A stretch of 58,296 nucleotides of DNA, counting the filler, from Jimgerdemannia flammicorona (taxonomy: Eukaryota): NCBI GenBank assembly GCA_003990765.1. It is 2 parts of 2 records of this genome, joined end to end, with 100 filler letters (N's around TTAATTAATTAA, not from the genome) between each part and the next. Parts side by side here need not be neighbours in the genome. Positions count along the whole stretch, not along the records: positions 29,202 to 58,296 come from RBNJ01000519.1; 1 more part is not named here. One strand, given 5' to 3'. The translations under genes and the position numbers were made by a program. Of the stretch, positions 35,880 through 48,178 are shown piece after piece; position 1 is the first letter of the stretch, and each line of letters begins with the position of its first letter. The notes below the pieces were generated by a model, which was not told the origin of the DNA, did no database searches, and was given only the letters and a program-made list of their open reading frames with translations.

Positions 35880-38145
35880 AACAATGGAGACACTAATCGA
35901 TCCTTTTGATCATTATATAGATGAGATATATATCTTGAGATAATTAATATATATATTCTAAAGTTCTCAGAATATATTTATTTATACTTTTATATAAATA
36001 CTTATTTCTCTGATATTATATATAAAATAAGATTCTTTTCATTTAAGTTCTAGTTTTATAGCAAAATTGATTTTAATTATACTTCTTTAAAAGGGTCTTT
36101 ATCTCTAATCTTAATCTTCTAATATTTTTACATACTTTTTCAGTTTTTCTTAAGTTTTGATTATCTTGACTTTGGCTTGATTTTACAATTATTCTGCCTT
36201 ATCTAAAAGTTCTATAAGATTTTGTAATTAACAGTTCTGATCTTCTTAATAAATATTATCTCAAATAGTCTCTATCTTATAGAAATAATAGGAGTATTTA
36301 GAATTTCCTATAAAATCTCAAGTATACATATAAGTAGAGATCCTGATTAATAGAGTTGACTCAGATAAGTCTTTTTTTAATGATCTGGTTCATTTATTCT
36401 ATTATTTTATTAATTTGAGTATAGTAGAATATAGTTTTTTTAAATAAATCCTATAGATTCATATATAAGTTATAATTAACTTACTATGAATACTGTTCTA
36501 TAGTCTGAGATAAATTCTTCTAGGAGTTTATATCTGAGAGTAAGACTATAAGAGAGATCTATTATATTTGAGATACATATTTATAATTTCCATTGAAAAA
36601 GTCTTGGGCTATTTGGTTAAATATTTTACAAATATCAAGATATATTTATTTCCTTTTGATATTATTAACAGATGTCTAATTATATCTACTGTCTATCTTT
36701 GAAAGATATGAATAAGTAGAAAGATTAGTTATAGTAATATTTGGTAATTTTTCTTTTCTTAATACTTTTGATAGATATTATATCTTCTAAAGATATCTCT
36801 GACTTATATTTTAAAATGAAACTAATATTGATATCTTTTTTATAGCTTTTCTTTTATATTTATCTATTTTTGATAAGATGAGATCTTCTTACTTCTTAAT
36901 AATTATAAAAACTTTCTTTAAAGTATAATTCCTAGATATATTCTTTTTCTAATTTATTAGATTATATAAGAAAGTATATTAATATTATTATAGACTTTTT
37001 CTACTTTATGAATAATAATAATTTTATAATCTTATAGAATTAGAATCCAGTAGGTAAGAATTTCAATAGAGTTCTTATAGTAGAGTAACTATTTAAGAGT
37101 ATTATAGTCAGTTATATATCAGAGTAAATTTTTTTTAAGATATATATTCTAATTTAATACCACTATAATTAACTTACTGCTTATTAGTAGCTTGGTTTAT
37201 ATAAATATTATATAATATTATCAATTAGATCCTTCTTAAGCAAAAATTATATTAGATCATTTTTAAAGATATCTATATAATATAAATAGTTTCAGTAAAT
37301 TAGATTGTATAAGGACTGATACTATAGTTATATAGTATTTGAGTTCTTTAAAGACTTTTTCTTATAGTTTTCTCTAATATATAGTAATTTTTTTTTTTAG
37401 TAGAGTTCAAACTGAAGCAGAAGTTTGATAAAGTTTCTGATAAATCTTTTATAATAAAATACTAGTTCAGAATAGATAGCACTTTTTTTTAGAGAGTTTA
37501 AATATTAATCAGTTGTTGATATTTTCTATTTTCTTTAAGTTTTTTTCTTAGAAACTATAAATTTAAAAAATTTAAGTCTCTGTTTTCCAAAATAGCATTT
37601 CTTAATATTGAGTCTCAGATAATTCTTTCTAATAAGTTGGAAGAATTCTTTGAAATATTATAGGTATTCTTTAAAGTTAACTGAGTAGATATTAAAATTA
37701 TCTTTATAGACAATTAAATAGAAGTAGATCAATAGTATATAGACTAAGTTCATTATTCTCTATATTTAAAGATATTTAAATAATTTTCTTAGGGTAAGTA
37801 AAGTCATTTTCTGAATATCTTTTGAGTTTATAGATATCTTGTAGAATTCTATAAAGAGAGCTATACTACTGAAGTATCTGATATCCTATGTATAATTAAT
37901 CTAGAAGATTATTAATTTAGAGAAAAGAGTAGATCTCTTTCTTAGTTTCTAAGTTGAGTTTTCTATACTTTATACAAAGTCTCTATCTTTCTTTATTTAA
38001 TATAATAAGCATAGAGCTGGTCTAGTAACTAGTTGATAGTCTGATGACTCTATTGTTTAAGAGTTTCTGAATTTATTCTTTCTTAAATATTTTTAAATTA
38101 TGAGATATTCTTTATGACTTCATACTGTATTTTCTATATTTATAC
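35880..38145 (-). mobile_element. Extremely decayed family A pol (RT, RNase H, integrase, start of ORF3)
   Basis: Reverse complement is colinear with ~45310-47670; very AT-rich. Confidence 0.75.
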
Positions 38146-38419
38146 TATAACATACTGGCTCAATAGAGATAAATTATAAGATTGGAGATTAATATATATA
38201 GTTTAGCTTGAGCCCCCAGTTACTTTGTTAAAAAGTAACAAAATATTCTATAGTTTCTAGTATTTTTGTTAGTATTTAGTAATATAATAGTCAAGTCTAG
38301 ATATAGTAGTTGATTTGGAAAATTTTCTTATTAAGACAGTTCTTGGGTATAGTGATCATATAATGGTCTCTGTATAGTATAATAGATTTCTTATATAATT
38401 TCTGTATAATAATCTCTGA
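38146..38419 (-). repeat. Family A LTR 3'-end fragment
   Basis: TATAACATACTGGCTCAATAGAG..GAGCCCCCAGTTACTTTG matches the sequence from 51150 onward. Confidence 0.7.
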
Positions 38420-39332
38420 CTAGAGTTACTTAGGTGTTATTACTAAGACTTAAGAGAATATATATATGTAGAGGGAACTTAATTCTTATATCAAGAACTG
38501 AACTAAAACTGTCTTTTTTTCAGATGAAAACTCAGGGATATTTATACAAATTGGTTTATAATTTTTGACTAAGTATAAGTGACTAATTTGATAACTATGG
38601 TGAGATTTGTAATTGTGACCTTTGTCAGATGGTTTGTAATCAGAAATACTTTATAATTAGGACCTTTATTGTTAGACAATAATCAATTACTATAGTACTG
38701 ATTACTGTAGTACTGATTGCTGGAGATAAGCTAGATATTATTTATTTATATCATTTGCATCATTCATTATATTTGTCATTCATATATTATATATCACTAA
38801 TAGTGATATTATTACTAGATTATATAATCACTCATTGTATGTCATGTTTCATCTGTTCATTTATTTACTTATTCTATTATATTCTTTTTACCTTAAAAAT
38901 CAACATCCTCATTAATTCAAAAATTGAAAACTAGAGGAGAGATATCCTCCTCCTCAGTGTTATTGTCTTCTCTATTAGAGGTTGTGGGAGTAGTTACTGT
39001 TGACTTAGTATCAAAGATAGAAAAATCAATGAGATTTACAAATAGTTCTTGAGCACCTAGTATGAGAGTTCTCTATCTGATATAGTTGGGGCCATCTAGG
39101 TAGGAAACTTGCTAGTCATGTTTAAGAATATCTATTCAGGTAGGCAGTCCTTCAAAGAGATCAGAAAGGCCTTAGAGTCATTGGTCTAGATTATTATTCA
39201 GAAGGAGGCTCTAGTAGGATATACAGTTAGTAGACTTGAGTGTGATTCAGAAATAAGCTTCTTGAGTGACCTTGATCTCTAGTTTATCAACCTTGAGAAA
39301 GAAGAAGTTCTGGAAGTCCTTCAGTTATATAT
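38420..39332 (-). repeat. Family C-like LTR, left part, including the C-terminal half of the U3 ORF
   Basis: Colinear with ~21050-21858; translates LKDFQN..KLEIKVTQEA..SY*SLLLNNNLDQ..NYIR*RT..ELFVNLIDFSIF. Confidence 0.8.
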
Positions 39333-40634
39333 TGTGACAAACCAAGACATACCACCCAAATTATACCTTAGCTAAATGACATAAACAATTAGTCAGATAA
39401 TGTGAACACACAACATAGTAACCAGCAACCATTGCTGCAGAAACTGTATAAATAGCAGAACATACCAGATAGGGTCTGTTTACCTGTACAGACTCTGTGC
39501 ATCTGCTATAGATAGCAAATCTATAGTTAGCCATGTAGCAACCAGATAGCAACCACAATGTATAAATTACCCCAAAGACAAGAGTGAATAAACCTCAGTC
39601 CGAAAAGTTGAAGTAAACCAAAGAAGCCTCTAAAGATTGAGCATTGGTCCCTTTTCTCCACTCCAGTCCACTTTCCGATACAAAGATTGATTGGTTCACT
39701 TGCCGGATAAGCCTGAAGAATTCGAGTTTGCTGCCTAAGTTCAAGGAAGAACTTTGCTGCCTTCAGAATTATTGTTATTGGTTTGCTTGTCAGATAAGCC
39801 TGAAGATTTCCACCTAAGAGAAAGCCACCTTGCTTAAGCCAGTTTCTGACACAACTTCACAGTGAATCCATTTGCACAAACAAAGCCAGTCTTTAATGTA
39901 ACTTTACTAAGAGACCCTTTCCCAGAAGCCCACTGATTCTGGAGAATCTGCATCATCTACCATTTTCAAGTTATCTGCCATATTCCCAGTTGAAGCCAAT
40001 TCAGAAAGAATCCATGCCATCTGAGTTAATTTCCAGTTGAAGCCGCCAATTCAGAAGAATCTGCACCATTGTATTCTCAGAAGAACCTGCCAACTTAGGA
40101 AGAATCCATAACATCTGAGTTATCCAAGTTACCTGAGTTCTTGAACTATCTGCCTCTTGTGCCATCCAAGTTATCCATTGTTCCCAGTGAGCTAATATAA
40201 AAGAAACTGCCGCCAGTATTATTCCCAGTAAGGTGAATTCACACCATACAATTCCCAGTGAGCCAAATTGAGTTATCCATCAGAAATTGCATACTTTTGG
40301 AAATCGTTGCACTACACAAGAGATTGCTACATAGAAATCATATACTTTTGGAGACTGCTGTTACCCAGGAAGGAAACCACTTGTGCTACACACAAATTCT
40401 ACTATTTCCAGTTGACCCAAGAAGGAAAGACACAAATTACCACTATACCCAGAGAACCATCCCAATAAGGAAACTGCTCCCAGATATCCAGCTTGACTAT
40501 TATACTACTAAATACTAAGGACTTCAGGAATTATAGAATATTTTGTTGCTTTTGACAAAGTAACTGGGGGCTCAAGTCAAACTACATTAACCCCCAACCT
40601 TGTAATTTGCCTCCATTGAGCCAGGCACATTACA
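39333..40634 (+). repeat. 5' LTR, family A (1302 bp)
   Basis: Paralogue of 48179-49471; TATAAA at 39561 and AATAAA at 39587; many TTCCCAG repeats. Confidence 0.93.
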
Positions 40635-40636
40635 TT

Positions 40637-40654
40637 TGGGGGCTCAACTGGGAA
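40637..40654 (+). promoter_or_regulatory. Primer-binding site, tRNA-Pro type
   Basis: TGGGGGCTCAACTGGGA two nt after the LTR; resembles the MLV tRNA-Pro PBS TGGGGGCTCGTCCGGGAT once CpG decay is allowed for. Confidence 0.8.
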
Positions 40655-40667
40655 GATTTCAAAATTG

Positions 40668-43040
40668 ATGTGACTTTTCAGCTCACAAGAACTCACAGTA
40701 AAACTGGATACATTCAATACAACACCAACCTCTACTACTACAGGAGAACCAGTTATCACTAGCATCTGGACAGGAAGAGAAGTAATTACTTCAAGACTTG
40801 CCAATTATCCAGCATCAGAAGGATCCCAACCAGAACCAGAAGGCAGTATAACCCAAAATCCCCAACTAGATCAACCAGACAATATAGGCAGCCCTGCTAG
40901 AGATTTTGGAGAACTTGTACAAGAACTAGAAGATCTTATCACATGAACCTGAGACCTTACAGCCAGATGCCCCAGATCAGCCCCACCAATTTCACCAATA
41001 GAACCTTTACCACAACCCCTTGCAGAGTCAGAAGTAGCTCCTACAAGAATACCTAGACCTATTCTACTTCATCCAAGGTCTAGAACACCATCCTCAAGAT
41101 ACCCAAGCACCCCTATCTCCAGTGACAGCTCTGAAAGTGAATTGGAATCAGAATTCAAACCAGAACTAGAATTAGAAAGAAGTGATGATGAAATGGCCAC
41201 CTTATTGCCAATCTTTGCAGGATATCCAGAGGAAGACCCCAGAGAATTCCTTGATGGAATCGAAGGAATCGCAGCCCTGAGGAATCTCTCAGATGAAAGA
41301 AAAATTGACATCTACAAAGCTCAGCTCAGAGAACCAGCCAGAGGAATTTTATATCAAATAGCAAATAACTGAGATTCAGAACTAGCAAGACAGATATAAG
41401 CAGCAATGTCTGATGAGCTAGAATATGAGGCCATGGTCCACTGGCTCATCGAAAAGTATGCAGGAAATGAAACCTGCTACAAGGCTCAGGAATCTATCAT
41501 GGGAATGAAGATGAACCTTAGAGAATCACCCAGAGCCTTCTTTACAAGAATCTAGAAGAGAATGTATGCTGCTGGGTTCAATGCCACCAACCAGGACATC
41601 ATCGGTCCAATGATATTCATGAATGGAATTCCCCCAAACATTGCCTAGCATATCTGCACCCTAGGCATCAGAAGGTCTGAAGAGCAAGTAGATGCAGCCC
41701 AAGGATTCTTTAATGTCAGATAAGGAACTACCTGGAGTGACTATAACAGAAAAGAAGAGAAAGAAGACATCCTGGTCAAAGCCCTATAAGGACTCCTTCA
41801 AGGATAAGAAAGTTCTAAAGAAAGAAGGCCAGCCAAGGAAGGAAAGAAGGACAGAAATGAAATCCAGGACCTTAGCTCCAAGTTGGACCAATTGGTTGAA
41901 CAGATTGAAAAACTCACTATATGTGAAAACTGGAGCTACCAAGACAATAGAGGATACCCACCACAGAGGAGCCAAGGTTATCCACTCAGAGATAACAGGG
42001 GTTATCACTAAGAAGAAAGAAGATATCTTGTCCAAGATAGAGCCCAAGTCCAATGCTTCCACTGTGGACAATTTGGACACTATATCACTGAATGTGACAA
42101 CAAAAGAAGTGACTGAAGGGACTCAGAACCACCAAACCAAAGGAATGACACTCAGTACAAGAAGACTGAAGCCCATCCTGTAGAAGATTTTGAGGAAGCA
42201 AGCAACAGCAAAGACTATAGTGACCTAGACTTGTACCCTACCAAGGTTACCTCCTGAAAAACAGTTTACCCAGCAGAGAAAAGGAAGAGACCTGTTGGAA
42301 GGCCATCCAGGAACATCAGCAGAAGAATTATCCAAGAAGAGGATGAAGAACATGAAGAGGAGCAGGTAGAAATACCTCCCTGAACCCCCTCACCTTTTGT
42401 TCCCAAAGCAAATGAGTTGTCACTAGAAGATGAAGAAATGGAATAAGAAGAACAGGAACCTGCTATGCTAAGGCCCAAGAAGAAGTACACTCCAAAGACC
42501 ATACCTAGGGACATTTACAATGAAGCCTGGCAGAAGATTCAAGAGGCCAAGATAGAGGTCCCCCTCCTACAGTTCCTGCAACTGACACCAGCCAGAGTCT
42601 GAAACAAATTGCTGAGAACCACCAGGTCTAGCACTGGCCAAGTCCCAATCCCACAGCAAGAACCAGTTCCCATCCCTATTCAGGCAGCTGAAAGATATGT
42701 TAGCACCTATCTACATGGAGATATTAGAGGACAAAAGGCGAAAATTCTCATAGACACAGGAGCAGCTATCTGTGTCATTGCCAAACAGTTCCTAGACACC
42801 CTTCAATGGCCCATTGATGGACCATCCAATCTCAGCATCATAGTAGCAGATGGAGCCCAAACTCAACCCCTTGGAGAAGTACAAAATATCACCATCTCCC
42901 TTGGACACATTCAGTTCTCCATCCTCAAAGTTATTGTCACTGAAGCTGTCTCCTATGACATAATTCTTGGCACCAACTGGATGAAGGAAATGAATGCAGT
43001 CATCAATATTGGCCAACAAGTTCTCAAGTTTGATTACTAA
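40668..43040 (+). pseudogene. gag: Gag and aspartic protease, family A
   Basis: LPIFAGYPEEDPREFLDGIE; CCHC knuckle CFHCGQFGHYITEC (~42054-42095); ILIDTGAAICVI and YDIILGTNWM. Confidence 0.88.
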
Positions 43041-44360
43041 GACAAGAACTATAGTTAAGGTGACTAGCTATGAGCAATCAAAGAAAAAGAAGAAGGTCAC
43101 TATTCAGGAGGAATATGCTAGCAGTGAGGAGTCTACTACAGAAGAGGAAGAAGAATCCAAAGATGGAAACAATCCCAGACTCAATCCCCAAATTAACCTG
43201 GTGGATGACAGACCAGAAGACAATGTGTGGGCTAAGAATACCATCCCCATCACCATTGGAGCTATTGCAGGAGAAGCCAAAGGATGCCCTACCTACCTCA
43301 AGAGATATAAGTGTCCTGAGCACTCCTCCAAGATCATGGGAACAAGGAAATCACCTGGTATAGCCTGTCCAGAGTGCAGAAGAAAGAAGAAGAAATGCAG
43401 ATATGTTCCAGAAATACCTGCAACCAAGGCTGCAGAAGTACAAGCAATTTGGGACCAAGAATCATCTGAGGAAAAAGAAACTTTTGACCAAAAAGTTCCC
43501 AAACAAGAAATACCTGAAGAAGGAGAGATCTCCAAACTCATTCCCTGGGATGACCCTCACTGGACACCACCTGAGGCCAATGATCCTTGGAATATAGAAG
43601 AAGGACCCAGTACAATCACCATTATTCCAAAGAAAGAAACTCATCAAGAGAAGGCTTTTTGGCTTGGAAGGTGTCCACACCAAATGGTCTTCCACTCTCT
43701 CTGAGACTACTGCTATCAGTGTCATCTATTGGATCAACAAGAAAGACAGAGACCCCAGAGACCAGAACCCCCAACTATACTTATACAGTCAACCACTTTT
43801 CAAGAGGTTACTATAAGGTTACAAAGTCGATTTAGAGGACAAGGCTTCTTCACCCAAACAGAAATATACTCTTTGTCTACCCTTCCCCCAACTTATGATC
43901 AAGATGGGTACCAATTCCCAAGGCAACAAGAGATCAACAGCCAGGAACACCATTCCAAGCAATGGGATATTGCAACTATGGAAGACACTCTGACTGCCAA
44001 GACTGTAGACATCAGAAGATTCACCTCAGTAATGATGTTTCAGTCCATACCTTAAAGAGAGGAGACAATAGAGACCAGATCCAAAAAAGCCAAACCAAGA
44101 AGCCAGGAAGAAGAATCCTCAAGATCTATAATTTGGAAGAAGACATCCTAGCCCTCATCAGACATGCAACCCATCAAGGATGGGCAGAAGATACCACCAA
44201 CTTTATGGAAGCCCTTGACCCTACAGGAAGAAGAGGAATCAACTACCTCTGAGACCCCTCTACTAGAGCCAGATGGCCACACCTCAACCTCAGAGCCTGG
44301 AGACTCTCTGCCAGTGGAGCCTCAGCTCTAGGACAGCCTGAACTCAGCAAGGACACTGCC

Positions 44361-44765
44361 CAGTATGCTCTGCTACATCCTAAGGCCAAACCCCTGACCA
44401 AAGCCCACCCAGAAGATGTAGGGTATGATCTTCACAGTCTGGAGGATGAATCTATCAAGCCTGGAAAAACCTTCATGATCAGAACCAGATTATCCATACA
44501 GCCACCCCAAGGAGCTTATATCCAATTGACCTCAAGGTTTGGACTTGCCAGACAAGGAATAACTGTAGAAGGAGGAACCATCAACTCAGGATATATAGGC
44601 GAAATTAAGGTTATTCTATACAACAGCAGTGCAGAATAGCACTGAATCATTAGAGGACAGAAGATTGCCCAAGCAGTCTTCATGAAGATCAGGACCCTAC
44701 AATTATGGGAAGTATCTGAACTGACTGAAGGAATAAGGCAAGCCAAAGGATTTGGAAGCTCAGAC
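44361..44765 (+). pseudogene. dut: Trimeric dUTPase, family A, between protease and RT
   Basis: KAHPEDVGYDLHS...LTSRFGLA..EGGTINSGYIGEIKVILYN...GQKIAQAVF...RQAKGFGSSD covers motifs 1-5 with two stops; absent from the ORF track. Confidence 0.9.
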
Positions 44766-45172
44766 AAGAAGGAGGTACATCTCCTTCAAGTTAACTACCT
44801 CAAGAAGAATGCTCCCCAACAAGTGTACTAGCAACCAGTCAGACTGCACAAGAATCTCATCCTGGAGCCTGGAGAACAAACAACCTTCGAAATCTTTGCA
44901 CCACCCGACCCCAGAAACCTTTTCTTTGAACTCAAGGAAGATATTCCTCACCTGGACATAGAGGGACACACATTCTCTGACAAGATAAATCCAGTACACT
45001 CCCGAGCAATCAACCAAAGTTGAGAAACCATCATCTTGCTGAAAGGAACCATCATAGGGCATCTGGTGCCTTTTCTCAACCAAACTCATAGGGAGGTTTA
45101 TGAACTAAGCCTATCAGGAAATGGCAAAAGGTCCCAGAAGAAAGGAAAGGCCCCTCTGCGACCCAGGAGACA

Positions 45173-46577
45173 GTGAAGCCTTCCACCAACATTGGAGAAG
45201 AATTAACACCTCAACAACAGCAAAAACTAGTAGAACTTCTCAACAAATATCAAGATATCTTCACTACCGATTATGGTAACCTGCCATACAATCCATCATA
45301 CCACCACAGCATAAATATAGAAAATACAACACCTATCCAGCAGAAACTCTATAGAATACCCCATTACTTGAAAACATTCAAAAAGGAGCACATTCAAGAA
45401 CTCTTAGACAATGGGGTCAACCAGCCCCTAGGCCAGCTCTATACTTATTGTATCAAAGAAAGGAGGATGGAGAATCTGCATGGATTACAGGAAACTCAAT
45501 TCAGTCACTGAAAAGGATGCATATCCTCTGCTCAGAATTGATGACCTCTTAGATCAGTTACAAGATGCCAGATACTTCAGCAGTATGGACCTCTTTGCAG
45601 GATTCCATGAGATCCTCATGGACCCAAAGGACATCCAAAAGACAGCCTTCCTTGCTCTAGGAAAACTGTTTGAGTACCTCTGAATGCCCTTTGGACTTTG
45701 CAATACACCCCCCACCTTCCAGAGAATGATGAATTCAGTCTATGCCCCCTTGATCCACCACTGTCTGATTGTATACATAGATGATTCCAACATCTATTCA
45801 GCAAATTTCGAAGAACACCTGTACCATCTGGAGGAATTCTTCAAGCTCATCCACAAAAACCACCTGAGACTGAATATAAAGAAATGCTACTTTGGGAAAC
45901 AGAAACTTGAATTCCTCAGATTCATAGTCTCTAAAGAAGGAACCCATGCAGACTCAAAGAAAACCAAGAAGATCAACAATTGGCCAGTACCCAAGACTCT
46001 AAAGGAAATACTATCATTCCTGATGCTAGTATCCTACTACAGAAGGTTTATCAAGGACTTTGCCCAAATCGCTGCTCCAATCCAAATCCTTCTCAAGAAA
46101 GGAGTACCATTTAAATGGACAGAATCACAAGAAAAAGCCTTTAAAAGACTCAAGGACTGTATGACTACAGCACCAATCCTTGTGTGCCCCAATCTACAGA
46201 AGCCATTCATCTTGTATATAGATGCTTCCAAAGATGGCCTAGGAGCAGTTCTAGTCTAAGAAGGACCTGACCAACAGTACCATGTGATAGCTTATGCAAG
46301 CAGAGCTACCAATCAGCAGCAGATGAACTATGGTAGTACCAAACTGAAATGTCTTGCAGTCATATGGGTGGTCACCCTGTTCAAGCATTACCTCATCAGA
46401 AAAAGGTTCACCCTGATCACAGACCATATAACCCTCAAATAGTTATTCAACTATAAGGAACCCACCAGAATCCTAGCCCACTGGATCCTTATCCTTCAGG
46501 ATTACAAAATCACCATTATTCACAAAGCAGGAAAAGCCTACAACAATGTTGATGTACTTTCCCACCAGCCCCAATGA
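45173..46577 (+). pseudogene. pol: Reverse transcriptase and RNase H, family A
   Basis: DYRKLN, YPLLRIDDLL, MPFGLCN, VYIDD, FILYIDAS..GLGAVL, LITDH and NNVDVLS. Confidence 0.93.
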
Positions 46578-47639
46578 ACCAGAAGAAGGGTGTCCTGAGG
46601 AACTACACCCTAAAGGAAGCTCCTCAGACCATCAAAGCACAAGAAGATCTCATCTGAAAAGAACACCAGAAAGCCCACCAAGGATAGGCGAATGTAGAAG
46701 AGAAGTTGTAAACAATATACCAACATTGGCCTAATCTTAGAATACAAGTCTGAGACATCATTCAGAGATGTGATATCTGTCAGAAGTACCAAGGAAAGAA
46801 GAACTATCAAGCCCCTTTGCAACTGATTCCCCCACCCACTCACATCTTTCAAAGATGGGGAATAGATGTAATTGGACCTCTACCAGTTACACCAAGAAGA
46901 AACAAATATATTCTTGTATTTGTAGAACATCTGACCAAGTGGCCTGAGGCTTTCCCAATAGAAATCACAGATGCCCTAACCATTGTAGGCCTTCTCCATG
47001 GACTCACACTCAGATATAGACCCCCAGAAGAGCTTATCTCTGACTGAGGCATGGAATTCATCAACAACATAATCACAAGTTATGCCTGAATTCACAAAAT
47101 CCACCTCAAATGAACCACATCATACCACCTCCAGACCAATGGTATGACAGAAAGAATGAATCAGACAATCAAGAAAGGACTTGCTTGAGTCAATTCTACC
47201 AATTGGGACCTCTGCTTACTTGAGATCCTATGGGAAATTCGGAATGCCCCTGCCACCTCAACCAAACAAAAGCCATTTGAGATGATGTTTGCCAAGAAAA
47301 CGAGAACTGCTGACCATGAGAACCTCAGAGATCTTCTCAAAAAGGCAGAACAGTTATGTAATTAGGCCCAAGATCAGATTTTCAACCCAAGAAAGACAAA
47401 AGAAGTACTATGACCAAAGACAGAAGGATCAAGAGATCAAGATTGAAGATCAAGTACTAGTTTGGAGAAGCACAATTGAAACAAACTTTGCTGCCAAACT
47501 GGAGCCCAAATGGGAAGGACCTTATTTTGTACACAATATCAGAGGAACCAGTATCTATTTAAGAAGCATGGATAGATGAACCCTGAGAACACCAGTATAC
47601 ATCAATTGCCTCAAACTATATTTCCCCTCTATACTATGA
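46574..47639 (+). pseudogene. Integrase, family A, in a separate ORF
   Basis: ATG at 46574; H..H..CDIC zinc motif; WGIDVIGPL, LISD*G, QTNGMTERMN and KWEGPY; stop at 47637-39. Confidence 0.9.
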
Positions 47640-48139
47640 GCCAAAGGATTGATCAACACCTCCAGACACTGGTCCCTAGCTCCTTCCAAGCCCTATCAGT
47701 TCCCCTACCCCAATTTGGCCAAGCTAATGGAAACCCCCTTTAGAGAATTCAAGTTCACCAAGAAAATCTTACCTTGGCCAGATGCCTACTATAAGTCCAC
47801 CAACTATAGGCCTATTATGCAATTGGTGAACAATTGCAGAACCTTCCAGCCCCAGAACAGACCTATATCAGAAACACCACAGGTCTGACCAGGAGAGACA
47901 CTACTGCTGCAGACAGACTATATACCATTTATAAATGCTCTAATACAGGTACAGTTCTCCCTGAATGACATTCAAGGAATGAACCTATTACCTATTTGAG
48001 TATCATCAATTCCATTGAAATTCTATTCCCCGAAGAAGAAGAAGAGCCCATAGAATAGAGTGACCCTAGTACAAACAACAAAGATGATGGAACAGATATA
48101 GATGTAGAAGCAGCCTATACCTATTGAGATGATAACTGA
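47636..48139 (+). pseudogene. Accessory ORF3 of unknown function, family A
   Basis: ATG overlaps the integrase stop; MSQRIDQHL..L*AYYAIGEQL..GLTRR/TTAADRLYTIYK.. with an acidic tail; one frameshift is assumed. Confidence 0.55.
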
Positions 48140-48165
48140 AGAATAGTCTGAGACAGACTATCCTT

Positions 48166-48178
48166 CAGTGGGGGCTGA
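48166..48178 (+). promoter_or_regulatory. Polypurine-tract position, family A
   Basis: CAGTGGGGGCTGA directly before the TG of the 3' LTR. Confidence 0.6.

Noticed and set aside
39900..40260. Spaced TTCCCAG repeats resembling a CRISPR array
   Set aside because: Units are short, irregular and inside LTRs in eukaryotic DNA; no cas genes.
40258..40518. ORF in family A LTRs (also 49104-49382)
   Set aside because: Short, GTG start, lies in repeat-rich U5 and recurs only because LTRs are duplicated; no cross-family protein conservation seen.
43363..43404. ACPECRRKKKKCRY resembling a Zn2Cys6 (GAL4-type) cluster
   Set aside because: Only half the pattern is present, and the relic copy (~3585-3625) lacks the third Cys.
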